From Bacteroidota bacterium (GTDB lineage: Bacteria; Bacteroidota; Ignavibacteria; UBA10030): a stretch of DNA of 64,000 nt. The translations under genes were made by a program, and so were the position numbers. The notes under the pieces were generated by a model that saw only the letters and a program-made list of their open reading frames with translations, did not search any database and was not told the origin of the DNA. The stretch covers positions 133,483-197,482 of the forward strand of contig JALONQ010000002.1 in the NCBI GenBank assembly GCA_025454835.1, read 5' to 3'. The first letter of the stretch is position 1; each line of letters starts with the position of its first letter. Positions 19,253-31,100 of the stretch are shown here, piece after piece.

Positions 19253-20230
19253 ATGAGTTCAGAAGGTCTCTGCCTCGGCGTGGACATTGGCGGCACGAAC
19301 ACCGTGCTCGGCCTCGTGGACGCCTCAGGCCGCCTCATGGGTGAGTCGTCGATCTCGACGTGCGCGCATCAACCGGCCACGCAGCTTTTCGACCGGCTCC
19401 ACAAAGCGGCGACGGTGCTCGGCAAGTCCCTCTCGGGCCGCTGGGATCTGCGCGGCATTGGCATCGGTGCGCCCAACGCGAACTACTACCGCGGCACGAT
19501 CGAACAGCCTCCCAACCTGAGCTGGGACCACGTCGATGTCGTCTCGGAGATGTCCCGGTTCTTCAAGGTGCCGGTAGCCGTGACGAATGACGCGAATGCC
19601 GCCGCCCTCGGTGAAATGCTCTTCGGCTCGGCCCGTTCGATGAAGGATTTTATCGTCGTCACGCTCGGCACGGGCCTTGGGAGCGGCATCGTGGCCAACG
19701 GCCAGCTGGTCTATGGGGCCGACGGCTTTGCCGGAGAGATGGGCCATACGATCGCCGTGCCCGGCGGTCGGGAATGCGGTTGCGGCCGTCGCGGTTGCCT
19801 CGAAGCCTATGCTTCGGCGAACGGCGTCCGGCGGACGGTCCATGAGCTGATCGCCTCCACGATGGAGGCGAGTGAGCTCCGTGACGTCCCGTTCAACGAA
19901 CTGACGGCCAAGCGTGTCGCGGAATCGGCCGCTCGCGGCGACCGATTGGCCCTCGAGACGTTCGACCGCACCGCCCGATGGCTCGCTGCCAGCCTGGCCG
20001 ATGCTGTCGCGTATTTCAGCCCGCAAGCCATCATCCTCGTCGGCGGCGTGGCCTCGGCCGGGGACCTTCTCCTGAAGCCGGTGAAGAGGTACCTCGAGGC
20101 GAACGTCCTCAGTGTCTTCAAAGACAAGGTGGCCATCCTGCCCTCTGGCCTCGCGAACGGGAACACGGCGGTACTTGGCGCCGGGGCCCTCATCTGGAAT
20201 GAGCTGAAGGCCGGGCCGAAGGGTTCGTAA
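19253..20230 (+). CDS. ROK-family sugar kinase (glucokinase)
   Basis: GVDIGGTN, NDANAAALGE, TLGTGLGSG, AGEMGH, CGCGRRGCLEAYAS. ATG 19253 preferred over the track start at 18962. Confidence 0.92.
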   Translation: MSSEGLCLGVDIGGTNTVLGLVDASGRLMGESSISTCAHQPATQLFDRLHKAATVLGKSLSGRWDLRGIGIGAPNANYYRGTIEQPPNLSWDHVDVVSEMSRFFKVPVAVTNDANAAALGEMLFGSARSMKDFIVVTLGTGLGSGIVANGQLVYGADGFAGEMGHTIAVPGGRECGCGRRGCLEAYASANGVRRTVHELIASTMEASELRDVPFNELTAKRVAESAARGDRLALETFDRTARWLAASLADAVAYFSPQAIILVGGVASAGDLLLKPVKRYLEANVLSVFKDKVAILPSGLANGNTAVLGAGALIWNELKAGPKGS

Positions 20231-21651
20231 TGGAGATGCAGCATCACACGAACGACGGCGGCTTCCAAGCCGCCGTTGTTGTTCGACGGCGACGCTTGGG
20301 ACGGACCATCCTCCTCCTGACAGGCGCCGTATTCGTTTCTTGCGTGAACGATCCCGTGGTCGAAGAACTCCCCCCGGTCATCAGCGGTTCGGCCATTATC
20401 GGTACGCTCTCCGACTCGACGACGGGAGGACCTCTGGCGTACACCCGCGTCCGGCTGCTCGGCCCAGGCGTGGAACGGCTGGCGTTGACAAGCGCGGCGG
20501 GCGAGTTCCGATTCAGCAGCGTCGTCCCAGCCACGTACCGAGTGACGGTCGACCGGGCTGGATATGACTCGACGACAGTCGAAGTACCGTCGGGCGTGCG
20601 CGATACCTCGAGGGTGCGTCTCGCGGCGTTGCGCCGCGCCAACGTGCCGCCGTTGAAGCCGTTAGGAACAGGCCGCTATCGGATCGAAGGGCGGCTGCTG
20701 CACGAGGACGTCGATCGGGATGGGATCTACAGCGCGGCCCGCATCAACGGAGTGGCTTTCTCACCGACGCCGATCGGGGGCGGCACGCAGACGCCGGCCA
20801 TGTTCCAGCGGGCCTTCCAGTACCTCGACACGTTGAACGCCAACACCATCAGGACCTACAGCGGCGCCACCGACGAGCTCCTGAGGACCGCCGCGTCATA
20901 CGGCGTGCGTGTGATCGTGGGCTATTGGGTGCTGACCGATGCCGACATGGCCGACCCGGTCTTCCGTCAGAACACGGTGAGGTCGTTCCGCGAAATGGTC
21001 CGAAGCCTCAGATCGTATCCCGCCGTGCTCTTCTGGAATCTCGGGAACGAACAGAATCTGCCGCACGTGAACGGCGACACGCCGCTGTGGTACGACCTCG
21101 CCGAAGAGCTCGCCGTCGCCGCGTTCGAGGAAGAGGGAACGGCCTTCCATCCGGTCTGCATCAGCAACGGCGGCGTGACGAACATCGGCGACCCTGCCAA
21201 GCGGGCGGACGACGCTTCACTTCGATATGTTGACCTCTGGGCGTCGAATCTTTATCGGCTCGACCTTACGTCGTCGTTCGCCCAATTCCGAGGGGCAACC
21301 TCCAAGCCGATCGTCCTCACGGAATTCGGCGTCGACGCATTCGACCATCGCATCCGACAGGAGTTCGCAGCGGTTCAGACCTTGGTCGACAGTATGAACT
21401 GGTCTCAGATCCTCTCGGCCAGTGACGTGTGCATCGGCGGGACGGTCTTCGAATACACCGACGAATGGTGGAAGGCGGGGGACCCGCTCAGCCACAACGA
21501 CGGCGGCTACTTCACCAACCAGCATCCGGACGGCTATTCGAACGAGGAATGGTGGGGCCTGATCGCCGTCACCCCCGACACGAACGCCGACGGCATGGAC
21601 GAATGGCGTCCGCGCAGCGCATTCCGGATGTTCCAACGACAATGGCAATGA
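20230..21651 (+). CDS. Lipoprotein: carboxypeptidase-regulatory-like domain plus clan GH-A TIM-barrel hydrolase (GH2-TIM/GH157/GH158-like)
   Basis: Lipobox-like FVSC. ANTIRTY, FWNLGNEQN (acid/base), KPIVLTEFG (nucleophile), FEYTDEWWK, NEEWWG. Family not resolvable by eye. Confidence 0.7.
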   Translation: MEMQHHTNDGGFQAAVVVRRRRLGRTILLLTGAVFVSCVNDPVVEELPPVISGSAIIGTLSDSTTGGPLAYTRVRLLGPGVERLALTSAAGEFRFSSVVPATYRVTVDRAGYDSTTVEVPSGVRDTSRVRLAALRRANVPPLKPLGTGRYRIEGRLLHEDVDRDGIYSAARINGVAFSPTPIGGGTQTPAMFQRAFQYLDTLNANTIRTYSGATDELLRTAASYGVRVIVGYWVLTDADMADPVFRQNTVRSFREMVRSLRSYPAVLFWNLGNEQNLPHVNGDTPLWYDLAEELAVAAFEEEGTAFHPVCISNGGVTNIGDPAKRADDASLRYVDLWASNLYRLDLTSSFAQFRGATSKPIVLTEFGVDAFDHRIRQEFAAVQTLVDSMNWSQILSASDVCIGGTVFEYTDEWWKAGDPLSHNDGGYFTNQHPDGYSNEEWWGLIAVTPDTNADGMDEWRPRSAFRMFQRQWQ

Positions 21652-23645
21652 CCTATCACGGACACCGCATCGTTGTTCTCTCGCTCTTGTGTGCCGCGGC
21701 TCCGGCGGCAGCCCAGGTGCTTGTGGACCAACTTGGATACCGGCGCACGGCGGCGAAATATGTCTTCACGCCGTCGTCGGCCGACAGCTTCGTAGTGGTT
21801 GATGCCGCCAGCGGGGTGACGGAATTCCGTGGACCGCTGATCGCCTGGAAGGTGAACGACGCCGCGACCGGCTGGAATGTCCGCCGGGGAGATTTCTCTG
21901 AACTGACCCGTCCGGGACGCTACAGGGTCCGCACGAGTGCGAACGCCACATCGGTTGACTTCACGGTTGCGGACTCGGTCTTCCGAGGCGTGTCGCGTGC
22001 CGCCTTGAAGGGATTTACGTTTCAGCGGTGCGGCGTCTCGCTCCCGTTCTCCGTGGCCGGTTGGTATCTCCATGGCTACTGTCATACGGCCGATGCGACA
22101 TTCCATGCGACGGCCGAATCCACCGGCACGGTGGTCGCGACGGGCGGATGGCACGATGCGGGGGACTACGGGAAGTACGTGGTCAACGCCGGTATCACGA
22201 TCGGCACGCTTCTCCTGGCCTACGACCTCTATCCCGATCGCTTTCAGGCCGACGACGTCGGCATGCCTGAAAGCGGCAACGGCATTCCCGATCTGTTGGA
22301 TGAAGTGCGGTTCGAACTGGAATGGCTGCTCCGAATGCAGAGCGCCAATGGCGGGGTCTTCACGAAACTGACGAAGACGGCGTTTGAATCGATGGTGATG
22401 CCGCAGAACGATGCCGGTACGCGCTACATCTATCAGATCTCCTCCACGGCGACTGCCGACTTGGCGGCGGTGGCGGCACGGGCATCCAGGACCTACCAGA
22501 CGATCGACCCGACATTCGCCGCGAAATGCCGTCTGGCGGCCGAGCGTGCCTGGGCGTTCCTGGCCACCCGGCCGTCGATCATTCCGGCCGGCGGTTTCGT
22601 CAATCCTTCGGGTACGTCCACCGGTGGCTACGGCGACACCGATGACCGCGACGAACGCCTCTGGGCGGCGGCGGAACTCTTTGCCGCAACCGGCTCCGCA
22701 GATCACGAGTTGTATTACTCGCTGAACATGTCGGTCCGGGGTCTGTTCACGACCGGCCTGTCGTGGCAGAATGTGACCGACCTCGCACATCTGGCGTATC
22801 TGACCGCCACCGACCGTACGCGGGATGCCGACCTGGTCGCCCAACTGTCAGGCTCGCTGAAGAGCGTTGCCGACGGGCTCATGACACGACGTTCAACAAG
22901 CGGTCTTCATCTCACGCTGGTCCCGGGTGAGTTCGTGTGGGGGAGCAATTCCGTTGCCCTGAATCACGCGATGCTGTTGCTCGTGGCGTCGAAGATCCAC
23001 GGCCAGACATCGTATCGCGATGGGGCGGAGGACCAGCTGCACTATGTTCTCGGCGTCAATCCGCATGGCCGAGCGTTCGTCACCGGCCACGGTTCTGTCC
23101 GACCCATGGCGCCGCATCATCGGCCCTCAGCGGCGGACGGCGTTGTGGAGCCGGTTCCCGGGCTGCTCGTGGGCGGCCCGAATCAATTCGGAGGCGATCC
23201 CATCCTGTCGGCCCGCTTCACGGCTGCCGATCCACCGGCGTGGTGGTATGCCGATGAACTGGATAGCTACGCGTCAAACGAGATCGCCATCAATTGGAAT
23301 GCACCTCTGGTCTTCGTGGCCGGCGTCCTGGCTGGAGAGGGCTCGTCCACAGGAACGTTGGACCGTCACGAGACAGGTCCCAGCGAACTTGGCCTCGACC
23401 CCGTCTTTCCGAATCCATTCAACCCCCGAACGACGGTGCGATTTCGGCTGGCGGAGGCCGGCCATGTGTCGCTCGATGTGGTGGACCTTTCGGGCCGGAT
23501 GCTTGAGCGGTTGGTGGATACCGACCTTCGCGCAGGTTCTCACGATACGACATGGGATGCCGGCCGATACGCCAGCGGCGTGTACGTCATGCGTTTGACC
23601 GCCGGAGAACACGTCTCCATGCAGAAAGCCGTCTTGCTGCGATGA
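21648..23645 (+). CDS. GH9 endoglucanase with N-terminal Ig-like domain and T9SS type-A CTD
   Basis: [84 protein letters not shown] overlaps at both ends. Confidence 0.92.
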   Translation: MTYHGHRIVVLSLLCAAAPAAAQVLVDQLGYRRTAAKYVFTPSSADSFVVVDAASGVTEFRGPLIAWKVNDAATGWNVRRGDFSELTRPGRYRVRTSANATSVDFTVADSVFRGVSRAALKGFTFQRCGVSLPFSVAGWYLHGYCHTADATFHATAESTGTVVATGGWHDAGDYGKYVVNAGITIGTLLLAYDLYPDRFQADDVGMPESGNGIPDLLDEVRFELEWLLRMQSANGGVFTKLTKTAFESMVMPQNDAGTRYIYQISSTATADLAAVAARASRTYQTIDPTFAAKCRLAAERAWAFLATRPSIIPAGGFVNPSGTSTGGYGDTDDRDERLWAAAELFAATGSADHELYYSLNMSVRGLFTTGLSWQNVTDLAHLAYLTATDRTRDADLVAQLSGSLKSVADGLMTRRSTSGLHLTLVPGEFVWGSNSVALNHAMLLLVASKIHGQTSYRDGAEDQLHYVLGVNPHGRAFVTGHGSVRPMAPHHRPSAADGVVEPVPGLLVGGPNQFGGDPILSARFTAADPPAWWYADELDSYASNEIAINWNAPLVFVAGVLAGEGSSTGTLDRHETGPSELGLDPVFPNPFNPRTTVRFRLAEAGHVSLDVVDLSGRMLERLVDTDLRAGSHDTTWDAGRYASGVYVMRLTAGEHVSMQKAVLLR

Positions 23646-25456
23646 TTCGTCCTTTTCATATGCGTTGGTTCCTCCTAGTCACGGCGGCACTGGGCCTCGC
23701 GTGCGCTGAATCGCCCACGGCGGCACCGGAGCCCCCGACCGCGTTGACGCTCGACGAGCGCGTCGACAGCCTTGTGGCGTTGATGACGCTCGACGAGAAG
23801 ATCGGCCAGATGACGCAAGCTGAACGGAGCCGCGGCTCGATCGAGCTGGACATTCGCACCTACACCCTCGGGTCATTGCTGAGCGGTGGCGGTTCGGCTC
23901 CGGCTGATAACAGTCCCGGCGGCTGGGCGGACATGTACGACCGGTATCAGCAAGCCGCACTGCAAACGCGATTGCGCATCCCGTTGATCTATGGTATCGA
24001 CGCGGTGCATGGCCATAACAACGTGCGGGGCGCCGTGATCATGCCGCATAACATCGGTCTCGGGTGCACGAACGATGCAGCCCTCGTTGAAGAGGTCGGT
24101 CGCGTGGTCGCGCGCGAAGTGGCCGGAACCGGGATCGACTGGACGTTCGCACCTTGCATCGCTGTGCCGCGTGACGAACGGTGGGGAAGGACCTATGAAG
24201 GGTTCGGGGAGACGCCCGACCTGACCTGGACCATGGCCGGCGCGGCCGTGCGGGGATTGCAGGGAACGGACGTGCGTGGCGGCGAAAGGATCGTGGCTTG
24301 CGCGAAGCACTTCCTGGGGGACGGAGGCACGACGGGAGGTGACGATCAGGGCAACACGCAGTTGGATGAGCTGACGATGAGGGGGCTCCATCTCCCCGGA
24401 TATCTGGCGGCCGTCCAAGCGGGCGTGGGGACGGTCATGGCCTCCTATTCCAGCTGGAACGGCCAGAAGATGCACGGAAGCCGCTATTGGTTGACCGACG
24501 TCCTCAAAGTCGAACTGGGATTCAAGGGATTTGTTGTTTCGGATTGGCAGGGGGTCGACCAGCTGCCCGGCGGATACGAGGCCGCCGTGGAGACCGCCAT
24601 CAACGCCGGCATCGACATGGTCATGGTGCCGATCAACATCGAACTGTTCATCAGCAGCCTGCGGAGGCTCGTGAACGCCAACCGGGTGCCGATGAGCCGT
24701 ATCGACGACGCCGTGCGGCGCATCCTGCGGGTAAAATTTCAGATGGGACTGTTCGAGCGTACGTTCACCGACCGCGCTCTCACGCTGGCGGTCGGTTCGG
24801 CGGCCCATCGAGCCGTGGCGCGTCAGGCCGTCCGGAAGTCCATCGTCCTGCTCAAGAACGATTCCAGTTTCCTGCCGCTATCGAAGAGCCTGACGCGCAT
24901 TCACGTTGCGGGCAAGAATGCCGACGATCTGGGCAATCAATGCGGCGGATGGACCATCACGTGGCAGGGTCAGAGCGGAGCCATTACCACGGGCACGACG
25001 ATCCTGCAGGGAATTCGCGACGCGGTCTCGGCCAACACCTCGGTGACCTACTCGCGCGATGGCAGTGGCGCTGCCGGCGCCGATGTTGCCATCGTCGTCC
25101 TGGGCGAGACTCCGTACGCGGAGATGCTCGGCGACCGAAGCGACCTGAACCTCACGAGCGAAGACCTGACGACATTCACGCGCGTCCGGGCCACCGGCGT
25201 TCCGACGGTGCTCGTCCTCGTCTCTGGCCGTCCGATGATCGTCACGGATATCGCCTATGCCTCCAACGCCTTCCTGGCCGCTTGGCTGCCTGGGACCGAA
25301 GGAGCCGGCGTTGCAGATGTCCTATTTGGGGACTACCATCCTACAGGGATCCTCTCGCACTCCTGGCCCCGGGCAATGAACCAGGTGCCCGTGAATGTGG
25401 GGGACCCATACTACGACCCTCTGTTTCCGGTGGGATTCGGTCTCCATTACGAATGA
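23642..25456 (+). CDS. GH3 beta-glucosidase / exo-glucanase, probable lipoprotein
   Basis: LGLAC lipobox. [53 protein letters not shown]. Close paralog of 16064-17863. Confidence 0.92.
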   Translation: MIRPFHMRWFLLVTAALGLACAESPTAAPEPPTALTLDERVDSLVALMTLDEKIGQMTQAERSRGSIELDIRTYTLGSLLSGGGSAPADNSPGGWADMYDRYQQAALQTRLRIPLIYGIDAVHGHNNVRGAVIMPHNIGLGCTNDAALVEEVGRVVAREVAGTGIDWTFAPCIAVPRDERWGRTYEGFGETPDLTWTMAGAAVRGLQGTDVRGGERIVACAKHFLGDGGTTGGDDQGNTQLDELTMRGLHLPGYLAAVQAGVGTVMASYSSWNGQKMHGSRYWLTDVLKVELGFKGFVVSDWQGVDQLPGGYEAAVETAINAGIDMVMVPINIELFISSLRRLVNANRVPMSRIDDAVRRILRVKFQMGLFERTFTDRALTLAVGSAAHRAVARQAVRKSIVLLKNDSSFLPLSKSLTRIHVAGKNADDLGNQCGGWTITWQGQSGAITTGTTILQGIRDAVSANTSVTYSRDGSGAAGADVAIVVLGETPYAEMLGDRSDLNLTSEDLTTFTRVRATGVPTVLVLVSGRPMIVTDIAYASNAFLAAWLPGTEGAGVADVLFGDYHPTGILSHSWPRAMNQVPVNVGDPYYDPLFPVGFGLHYE

Positions 25457-25460
25457 GCGT

Positions 25461-27296
25461 ATGACGCGCCACGTTCACGTGCTATTTGCGCTGGTTCTCC
25501 TGGCCGCGGTGGGTCTTGGCCAGGGGTCCCGACAGTTGCCGCAGGATACGTTGGCCTGGGTCGATGGTCAGCCGATCCTTGCTCGCGAGCTTCGGTCCCG
25601 GGTTGAACTGATGCCCTGGCCGGGCCCCGTCCGACCTTCGACGATCGATTCGGTGAAGTCGCATGCCCTCTCCGCGTTGATCGCGGAACGTCTTCTGGCG
25701 ACCGAAGCGACGCGCGAAGGCCTCGCCATGGACCGCCGCTACGATCTGCTTCGGTGGGGACTGACTACGGTGCTGCTGAAGGACGCTCTGTTCCAGCGCG
25801 AAGTGGCCGGCCGTCTCAGGCCAACGCGAAAAGAGCTCGAAGAGGGCTACCGACGCTATCGTGAAGACCGGACAGTGTTGGCCTTGCTGACCCGAAGCCG
25901 GTCGGCTGCCGATTCCGTTGCGTCGTCGTATCGACGCGATCGTCGGTCGGATGGCGCATCGGTGCGAGGGCTGATCCTCGACCGGGACACGATCGCCGTC
26001 AGTTTTGGGATGACCGACACGCTCCTGGAGCGGATGGCCTACGACATCGGTCCGGCCGGCGTCGCCACACCGCGCCGCATGGGCGAAGGACAATGGATGG
26101 TGCTGGTGTTGGTCGACCAACGCCCGCGTTCCTCCTCGCTGCGTCAGGAGGCCGACGAACAACGCCGGGTGGCCGGTCAGATCGTTCAGCAACGGTTGGA
26201 TGGACGCGCGGCCGAAAGCTTCTTCCGCAGCACGTTGGCCGAGAGACGCGCGCGGTCCGAATCCGACGCGTTTGACGCTTTCGCGCGGCTCGTGAGTGAG
26301 GTCTGGTTGGAAGATTCGAGCCGATACCGGAGGGATGCGGGGTATGAACTGACCTCGGACATGGTGGATGTGCTGCACAGCCGGCTCAGAGAATGGAATG
26401 ATCGTCAGCTCGTCTCGATGGACGATGGCGGACTGACCGTCGCGCAGGTCGTCGAGATGTTCCGGTACGAGACCTTCGTTAGCCCCGAACCGGCAGGAGT
26501 GAGGTTCCAGAATCGGCTCAATGAACGGGTCCAGTCCATCGTCGCCGGGGAATACCTCGCACGGGTGGCTCGGGAGCGTAGCCTTGAAGCGTCGCCGGCG
26601 GTCCGCTCTGAGTTGCGATCATGGACGGAGTATTGGGGCGCTGGTGAGATGCTGCGCGCCGTCCGCGAGACGGTGCTCGTCTCGAGGAACGATCTGGTCG
26701 ATGAGCTCATTCGCCAGCGAGAATCGCTGCGAGGTTCCGCCTCGGTCCTGTACGAAGAGGTGTGGGCCACCAATCGCGCCGAGGCCGCTCAGATCTACAG
26801 CTCCGTGCTTCAGGGTGAACCGTTCGCATCGCTGGCCGCCGGTCGCGCCCGGCGACTGCCTCGGATCGGACCCGACGGACGTTCCGGGTGGATCGACCCC
26901 ACCGATGATCCAGTGGTCGGATTCCACGCCTTGCTGGCTGACTCCGGTGCCGTGGTGGGTCCCGTGGCCGTCGACAATGGCTATGTCACGATCCGGGTGC
27001 TCGGAGTTCGAATGTCGCGGCCGGGTATCAAGGGCCCCGAGTTGCAACGCTCTCTGGGCCCGGTGGCTCGCATCCGTGTGGCCAACGACCGTGTGAATGC
27101 CTACATCGCTGATCTGGCCATGCGTCGTCAGGTACGTGTTGAGCCCGACGCCGTCCGCCGTACAGCGATCACCACCGTGCCGATGTTCACGCGGCGATAC
27201 CTGGGCTTTGGAGGCTCGATGAACGGCGCTCCGATGCTCCTACCGTTGTGGGAATGGGTGCGCCAGCTGCCGGCATCGGCGAATTGGCCGTTGTAG
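25461..27296 (+). CDS. SurA/PrsA-like periplasmic chaperone with degenerate parvulin (PPIase) domains
   Basis: Signal peptide. TLAWVDGQPI...ALSALIAERLLATEATREGL (SurA-N-like), GEPFASLA...GRSGWI...GAVVGPVAVDNGYVTIRVL (rotamase-like). Confidence 0.65.
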   Translation: MTRHVHVLFALVLLAAVGLGQGSRQLPQDTLAWVDGQPILARELRSRVELMPWPGPVRPSTIDSVKSHALSALIAERLLATEATREGLAMDRRYDLLRWGLTTVLLKDALFQREVAGRLRPTRKELEEGYRRYREDRTVLALLTRSRSAADSVASSYRRDRRSDGASVRGLILDRDTIAVSFGMTDTLLERMAYDIGPAGVATPRRMGEGQWMVLVLVDQRPRSSSLRQEADEQRRVAGQIVQQRLDGRAAESFFRSTLAERRARSESDAFDAFARLVSEVWLEDSSRYRRDAGYELTSDMVDVLHSRLREWNDRQLVSMDDGGLTVAQVVEMFRYETFVSPEPAGVRFQNRLNERVQSIVAGEYLARVARERSLEASPAVRSELRSWTEYWGAGEMLRAVRETVLVSRNDLVDELIRQRESLRGSASVLYEEVWATNRAEAAQIYSSVLQGEPFASLAAGRARRLPRIGPDGRSGWIDPTDDPVVGFHALLADSGAVVGPVAVDNGYVTIRVLGVRMSRPGIKGPELQRSLGPVARIRVANDRVNAYIADLAMRRQVRVEPDAVRRTAITTVPMFTRRYLGFGGSMNGAPMLLPLWEWVRQLPASANWPL

Positions 27297-27335
27297 TCGG
27301 CCTTATCGATCAGTTTGGAACAACATACGCCACCA

Positions 27336-28175
27336 ATGAAGACCATCATGAGACGATCAGGATCACTTGCGGTTGTCCTTGCGGGCGCCGCCATTGCCGT
27401 GTTGAGCTGCCAGGAGAATTCCTCGCCGACCGGTGAACAGCCGACGGCGCCGACCGATACTATTCCAGCCCCCGCCGGATATGCCCTTGTGTGGAACGAC
27501 GAATTCTCCGGCCCCAGGATCGATTCGACGAAATGGTCGTACGAGGTCAACGATAACGGCGGCGGTAACAATGAGCTGCAGTACTACACCGCGCGGCCGG
27601 AGAACTCGTTCATCGAGGAGGGGAAACTCGTCATTCAGGCTCGCAAAGAGGCGTATCTGACGCGGCAATACACTTCGGCCCGGATGATCTCGCGATTGAA
27701 GGGCGATTGGCGCTACGGCCGCTTTGAGATCAAGGCCCAGTTGCCGTATGGCAAAGGGCTCTGGCCGGCGATCTGGATGATGCCGACCGACTCCGAGTAC
27801 GGCGGATGGCCTTCGAGCGGAGAGATCGACATCATGGAACTGCTCGGCCACGAACCGTGGAAGACCTACGGAACGATCCACTTCGGGACTTCGCCTGCCA
27901 CCCGTCAGCAATCGGGCGGCAACTATTCCCTTCCGGCCGGAACGTTCGCCGGCGCCCCTCACGTGTTTGCGCTTGAATGGGATTCGACGCAGATCCGATG
28001 GTACGTCGACGACGTCAAATTCTACCAGGCGAACATCGGCAAGCCGTTCGATAAGCGGTTTTTCATGATCCTCAACGTCGCCGTGGGAGGCAACTGGCCC
28101 GGCAACCCCGACGAGTTCACCGTCTTCCCGCAACAGATGGCCTTGGACTATGTCAGGGTCTTCCGTCGGAAATGA
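27336..28175 (+). CDS. GH16 endo-beta-1,3-glucanase (laminarinase type), lipoprotein
   Basis: Lipobox VLSC. LVWNDEF, GGGNNELQYYT, GLWPAIWMMP, WPSSGEIDIME (ExDxxE), ILNVAVGGNWPG. Confidence 0.93.
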   Translation: MKTIMRRSGSLAVVLAGAAIAVLSCQENSSPTGEQPTAPTDTIPAPAGYALVWNDEFSGPRIDSTKWSYEVNDNGGGNNELQYYTARPENSFIEEGKLVIQARKEAYLTRQYTSARMISRLKGDWRYGRFEIKAQLPYGKGLWPAIWMMPTDSEYGGWPSSGEIDIMELLGHEPWKTYGTIHFGTSPATRQQSGGNYSLPAGTFAGAPHVFALEWDSTQIRWYVDDVKFYQANIGKPFDKRFFMILNVAVGGNWPGNPDEFTVFPQQMALDYVRVFRRK

Positions 28176-28181
28176 ACTATC

Positions 28182-31100
28182 ATGAAAGCTTGGTCCCTGC
28201 CCGCGGCATTGTGTGGAGCGTTCCTTGCGCTCTCCGCGACCGCGCGCGGACAATCCCTCGACGAACGCATTGATGCCATCGTCGTGAGGATGTCGCTTGA
28301 GGAGAAGATCCTGCAGCTCCACGGCGAGAGCAACATGAGCACGGCCGACAACGTTCGCCTGGGTGTGCCGGGCTTCTTGATGGACGACGGACCCCACGGC
28401 GTGCGCAACGGTACGGCGACGTCATTTCCCGTCGGTATCGGCATGGCCGCCACGTGGGACCCGGAGTTGGCGTATCGCATTGGCGTGGCCATGGGCAAGG
28501 AGTTCCGCGGCAAGGGGCGAAGCATGGCCCTCGGCCCGGCGCTCGACCTCGACCGCGACCCCCGCAATGGACGCAGTCCGGAAACCGGCGGGGAAGATCA
28601 GTACCTCTGCGCCCGGATCACCACGGCCGTCGTCCAAGGCATGCAATCGCAGCCAGTGCTCGCGACGATCAAGCACTTTGCGGCGAACCATCGCGAGAAC
28701 GGGCGCACCTCGAACAACATCGTCGCCTCACGCCGCACCCTCGAAGAGCACAACGGTCTGCCATTCCGTATGGCCGTTCAGGCCGGCGGCGCGTTCTCTG
28801 TCATGAATGCGTACAACCTTATCAACGGGGAGAAGTCCGCCGAGAATGCGACCCTGCTGACCACGATCCTGAGGGATCATTGGGGCTTCCCGTATTTCGT
28901 CGTCTCGGATTGGGGCTCGATCTGGAGTGCCGAAAAGGCCATCGAAGCCGGATGCGACCTCGAAATGGGGTCGAACCTGTACGGAGCCAACCTGGCGTAT
29001 CTGGTGGCCACCGGCGCCGTCTCCGTCTCGACGATCGACAATGCCGTCCGCAACATCCTCCGGACAAAGCTGCTCTCCGGCGTGTGGGGCTTTCTGCCCC
29101 CGGGAGATCCGGCGGACGTCAACAGCCAGGCTCACCGTTGGCTGTGCGAAGAGGCGGCGCGCAAGTCCATCGTACTCCTCAAGAACGAGGGAACGATGCT
29201 GCCCCTGAATGCCGGAGCCGTCACGAACGTGGCCGTCATCGGTCCCAATGCCGCGGTCTGTCGTACCGACGGAAGCGGCAGTTCTTGGGTGGAGCCGGCC
29301 GTCTCGGTGTCTCCTCTCACCGGACTTCAGACCCTCCTCGGCGCGTCGAAGGTCTCGTATCTCAAGGGTTGTGATATCAACTCGACGGATACGTCGGGAT
29401 TTCCGGCGGCTCGCACGTTGGCCCGAGGTGCAGATGCGGTCATCTTCGTCGGCGGCCTGGACCCGTCGCAGGAAGGCGAGGGGTTCGACCGCGTCGGCGG
29501 ATCGATCGAACTACCCGGCAAGCAACAGGACCTCATCAATGCGCTCGCGGCCGAGAATTCCAATGTGGTGGCGGTGATGTACAGCGGCGGCGTCTGCGGC
29601 CTGAGCCGCTCGATCGCCAATGTCCGCAGTCTGCTCTATGCGTTTTACCCCGGCCAAGAGAGCGGCACCGCGCTCGCCGAGATCCTGCTCGGGATCACGA
29701 ATCCGTCCGGACGATTGCCGGTTACGATGCCGCTCAACGACGGTCAATTGCCGGCGTGGAACGACGATTTCACGGACGATCACGGTGGAGGCTATCGCTG
29801 GTTCGACCAGACCCGCCAGATCCCCCGATACGCCTTCGGTCACGGTCTCAGCTACTCGCATTTCAGCTACATCGGCCTGACGATCGCGCCGTCGGTGATC
29901 GTTCCGGGTGGCTCGGCGCTGATCTCCTGCACGATCACGAACACTTCTTCCCGCGACGGCGACGAAGTGGCTCAGCTCTACATCAGTGACGCGGCCACCA
30001 CCCATTCGAACAGCGTCAAGCAGCTCAAAGGCATTGCCCGCGTTGCCGTGCCGGCCGGACAATCCGTCGGCGTCTCCTTCACGATCGGCAGTGAGGAACT
30101 CTGGTATTACGATGAGTTCCTCAGTTCTTTTACGGTCGAGCCGGGGCGCTATCGCATCTTCGTCGGAGGAGCGTCCGACGACCTGCCGCTCCAGGGCGAA
30201 CTGGAAGTGGCCAACACCACCGCCGTGCCAGATCTCGTACTGGGTTCGATCCGGACGGTGCCGGCCTACCCGCAGACGGGACAACGGGTGACGTTCGTTG
30301 CCACGGTCCGAAATGTCGGTGCCGCTGCCACTGCCGCCTCGGTTCCGCTCAAGGTGAGTTTCAGGGTCGACGACGCTCTGGTGGCTTGGAGCGAGACGCC
30401 GGTCGGTTCGATCGCGCCGGGGGGAATGATACAGGTGTGTGCGACAGCCGGTCCGAATGGCCCGCCCGAGTGGACGGCGGCGGGCGAATGGACCCATCAA
30501 TTGTCCGCCGTGGTCGACGACAACGGTCGGGTGGACGAAGGCGACGAAGGGAACAACGGGCTTGGTCGAACGCTGAGCGTCTATGCGGCGGCCAAGCCGA
30601 ATCTTGCGGTGTGGAAGAGGGCCTCTGCGACGTCCTCCGAAAGCACCGAGTATGGACCGCAGCGCGCCGTCGACGGGAACATGGGCACCAGGTGGTCCTC
30701 GAATTTCTCGGACCCGCAGGCGATCATTATGGACCTCGATTCGCTGTAGTGCGTTGAAGACGTGACACTGTATTGGGAGGATGCGTTCGGCAAGGAGTAC
30801 TTCATCAAGATCAGCGACGGCGTTGGAGGATGGGTGGACGTGTACCATGAGACGAATGGCGATGGAGGGATGGATCGTATCTCTGTTGGAGCGCTGGCTC
30901 GGAAGATCATGATGCTCGGCGTGCAGCGGGGGACCCCATACGGTTATTCACTGTATGAGTTCCAGGTCAACGGCTCGCCGACGACGTCGGTGGAGGAGCC
31001 CTCCGGGGTCATCCCTTCCGATCTTGCCCTCGATGAGCCGTTCCCGAATCCGTTTAATCCCTCGACGCAGATCCGATTCAGCCTGGCCGAGCCCGGCGAG

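Noticed and set aside
30747-30749. Genome-wide TAG reassignment or pyrrolysine
   Set aside because: TAG ends several genes at their natural C-termini (carB 62017, permease 46414, helicase 63326, also 27296 and 49364), and no pyl genes are in the window.
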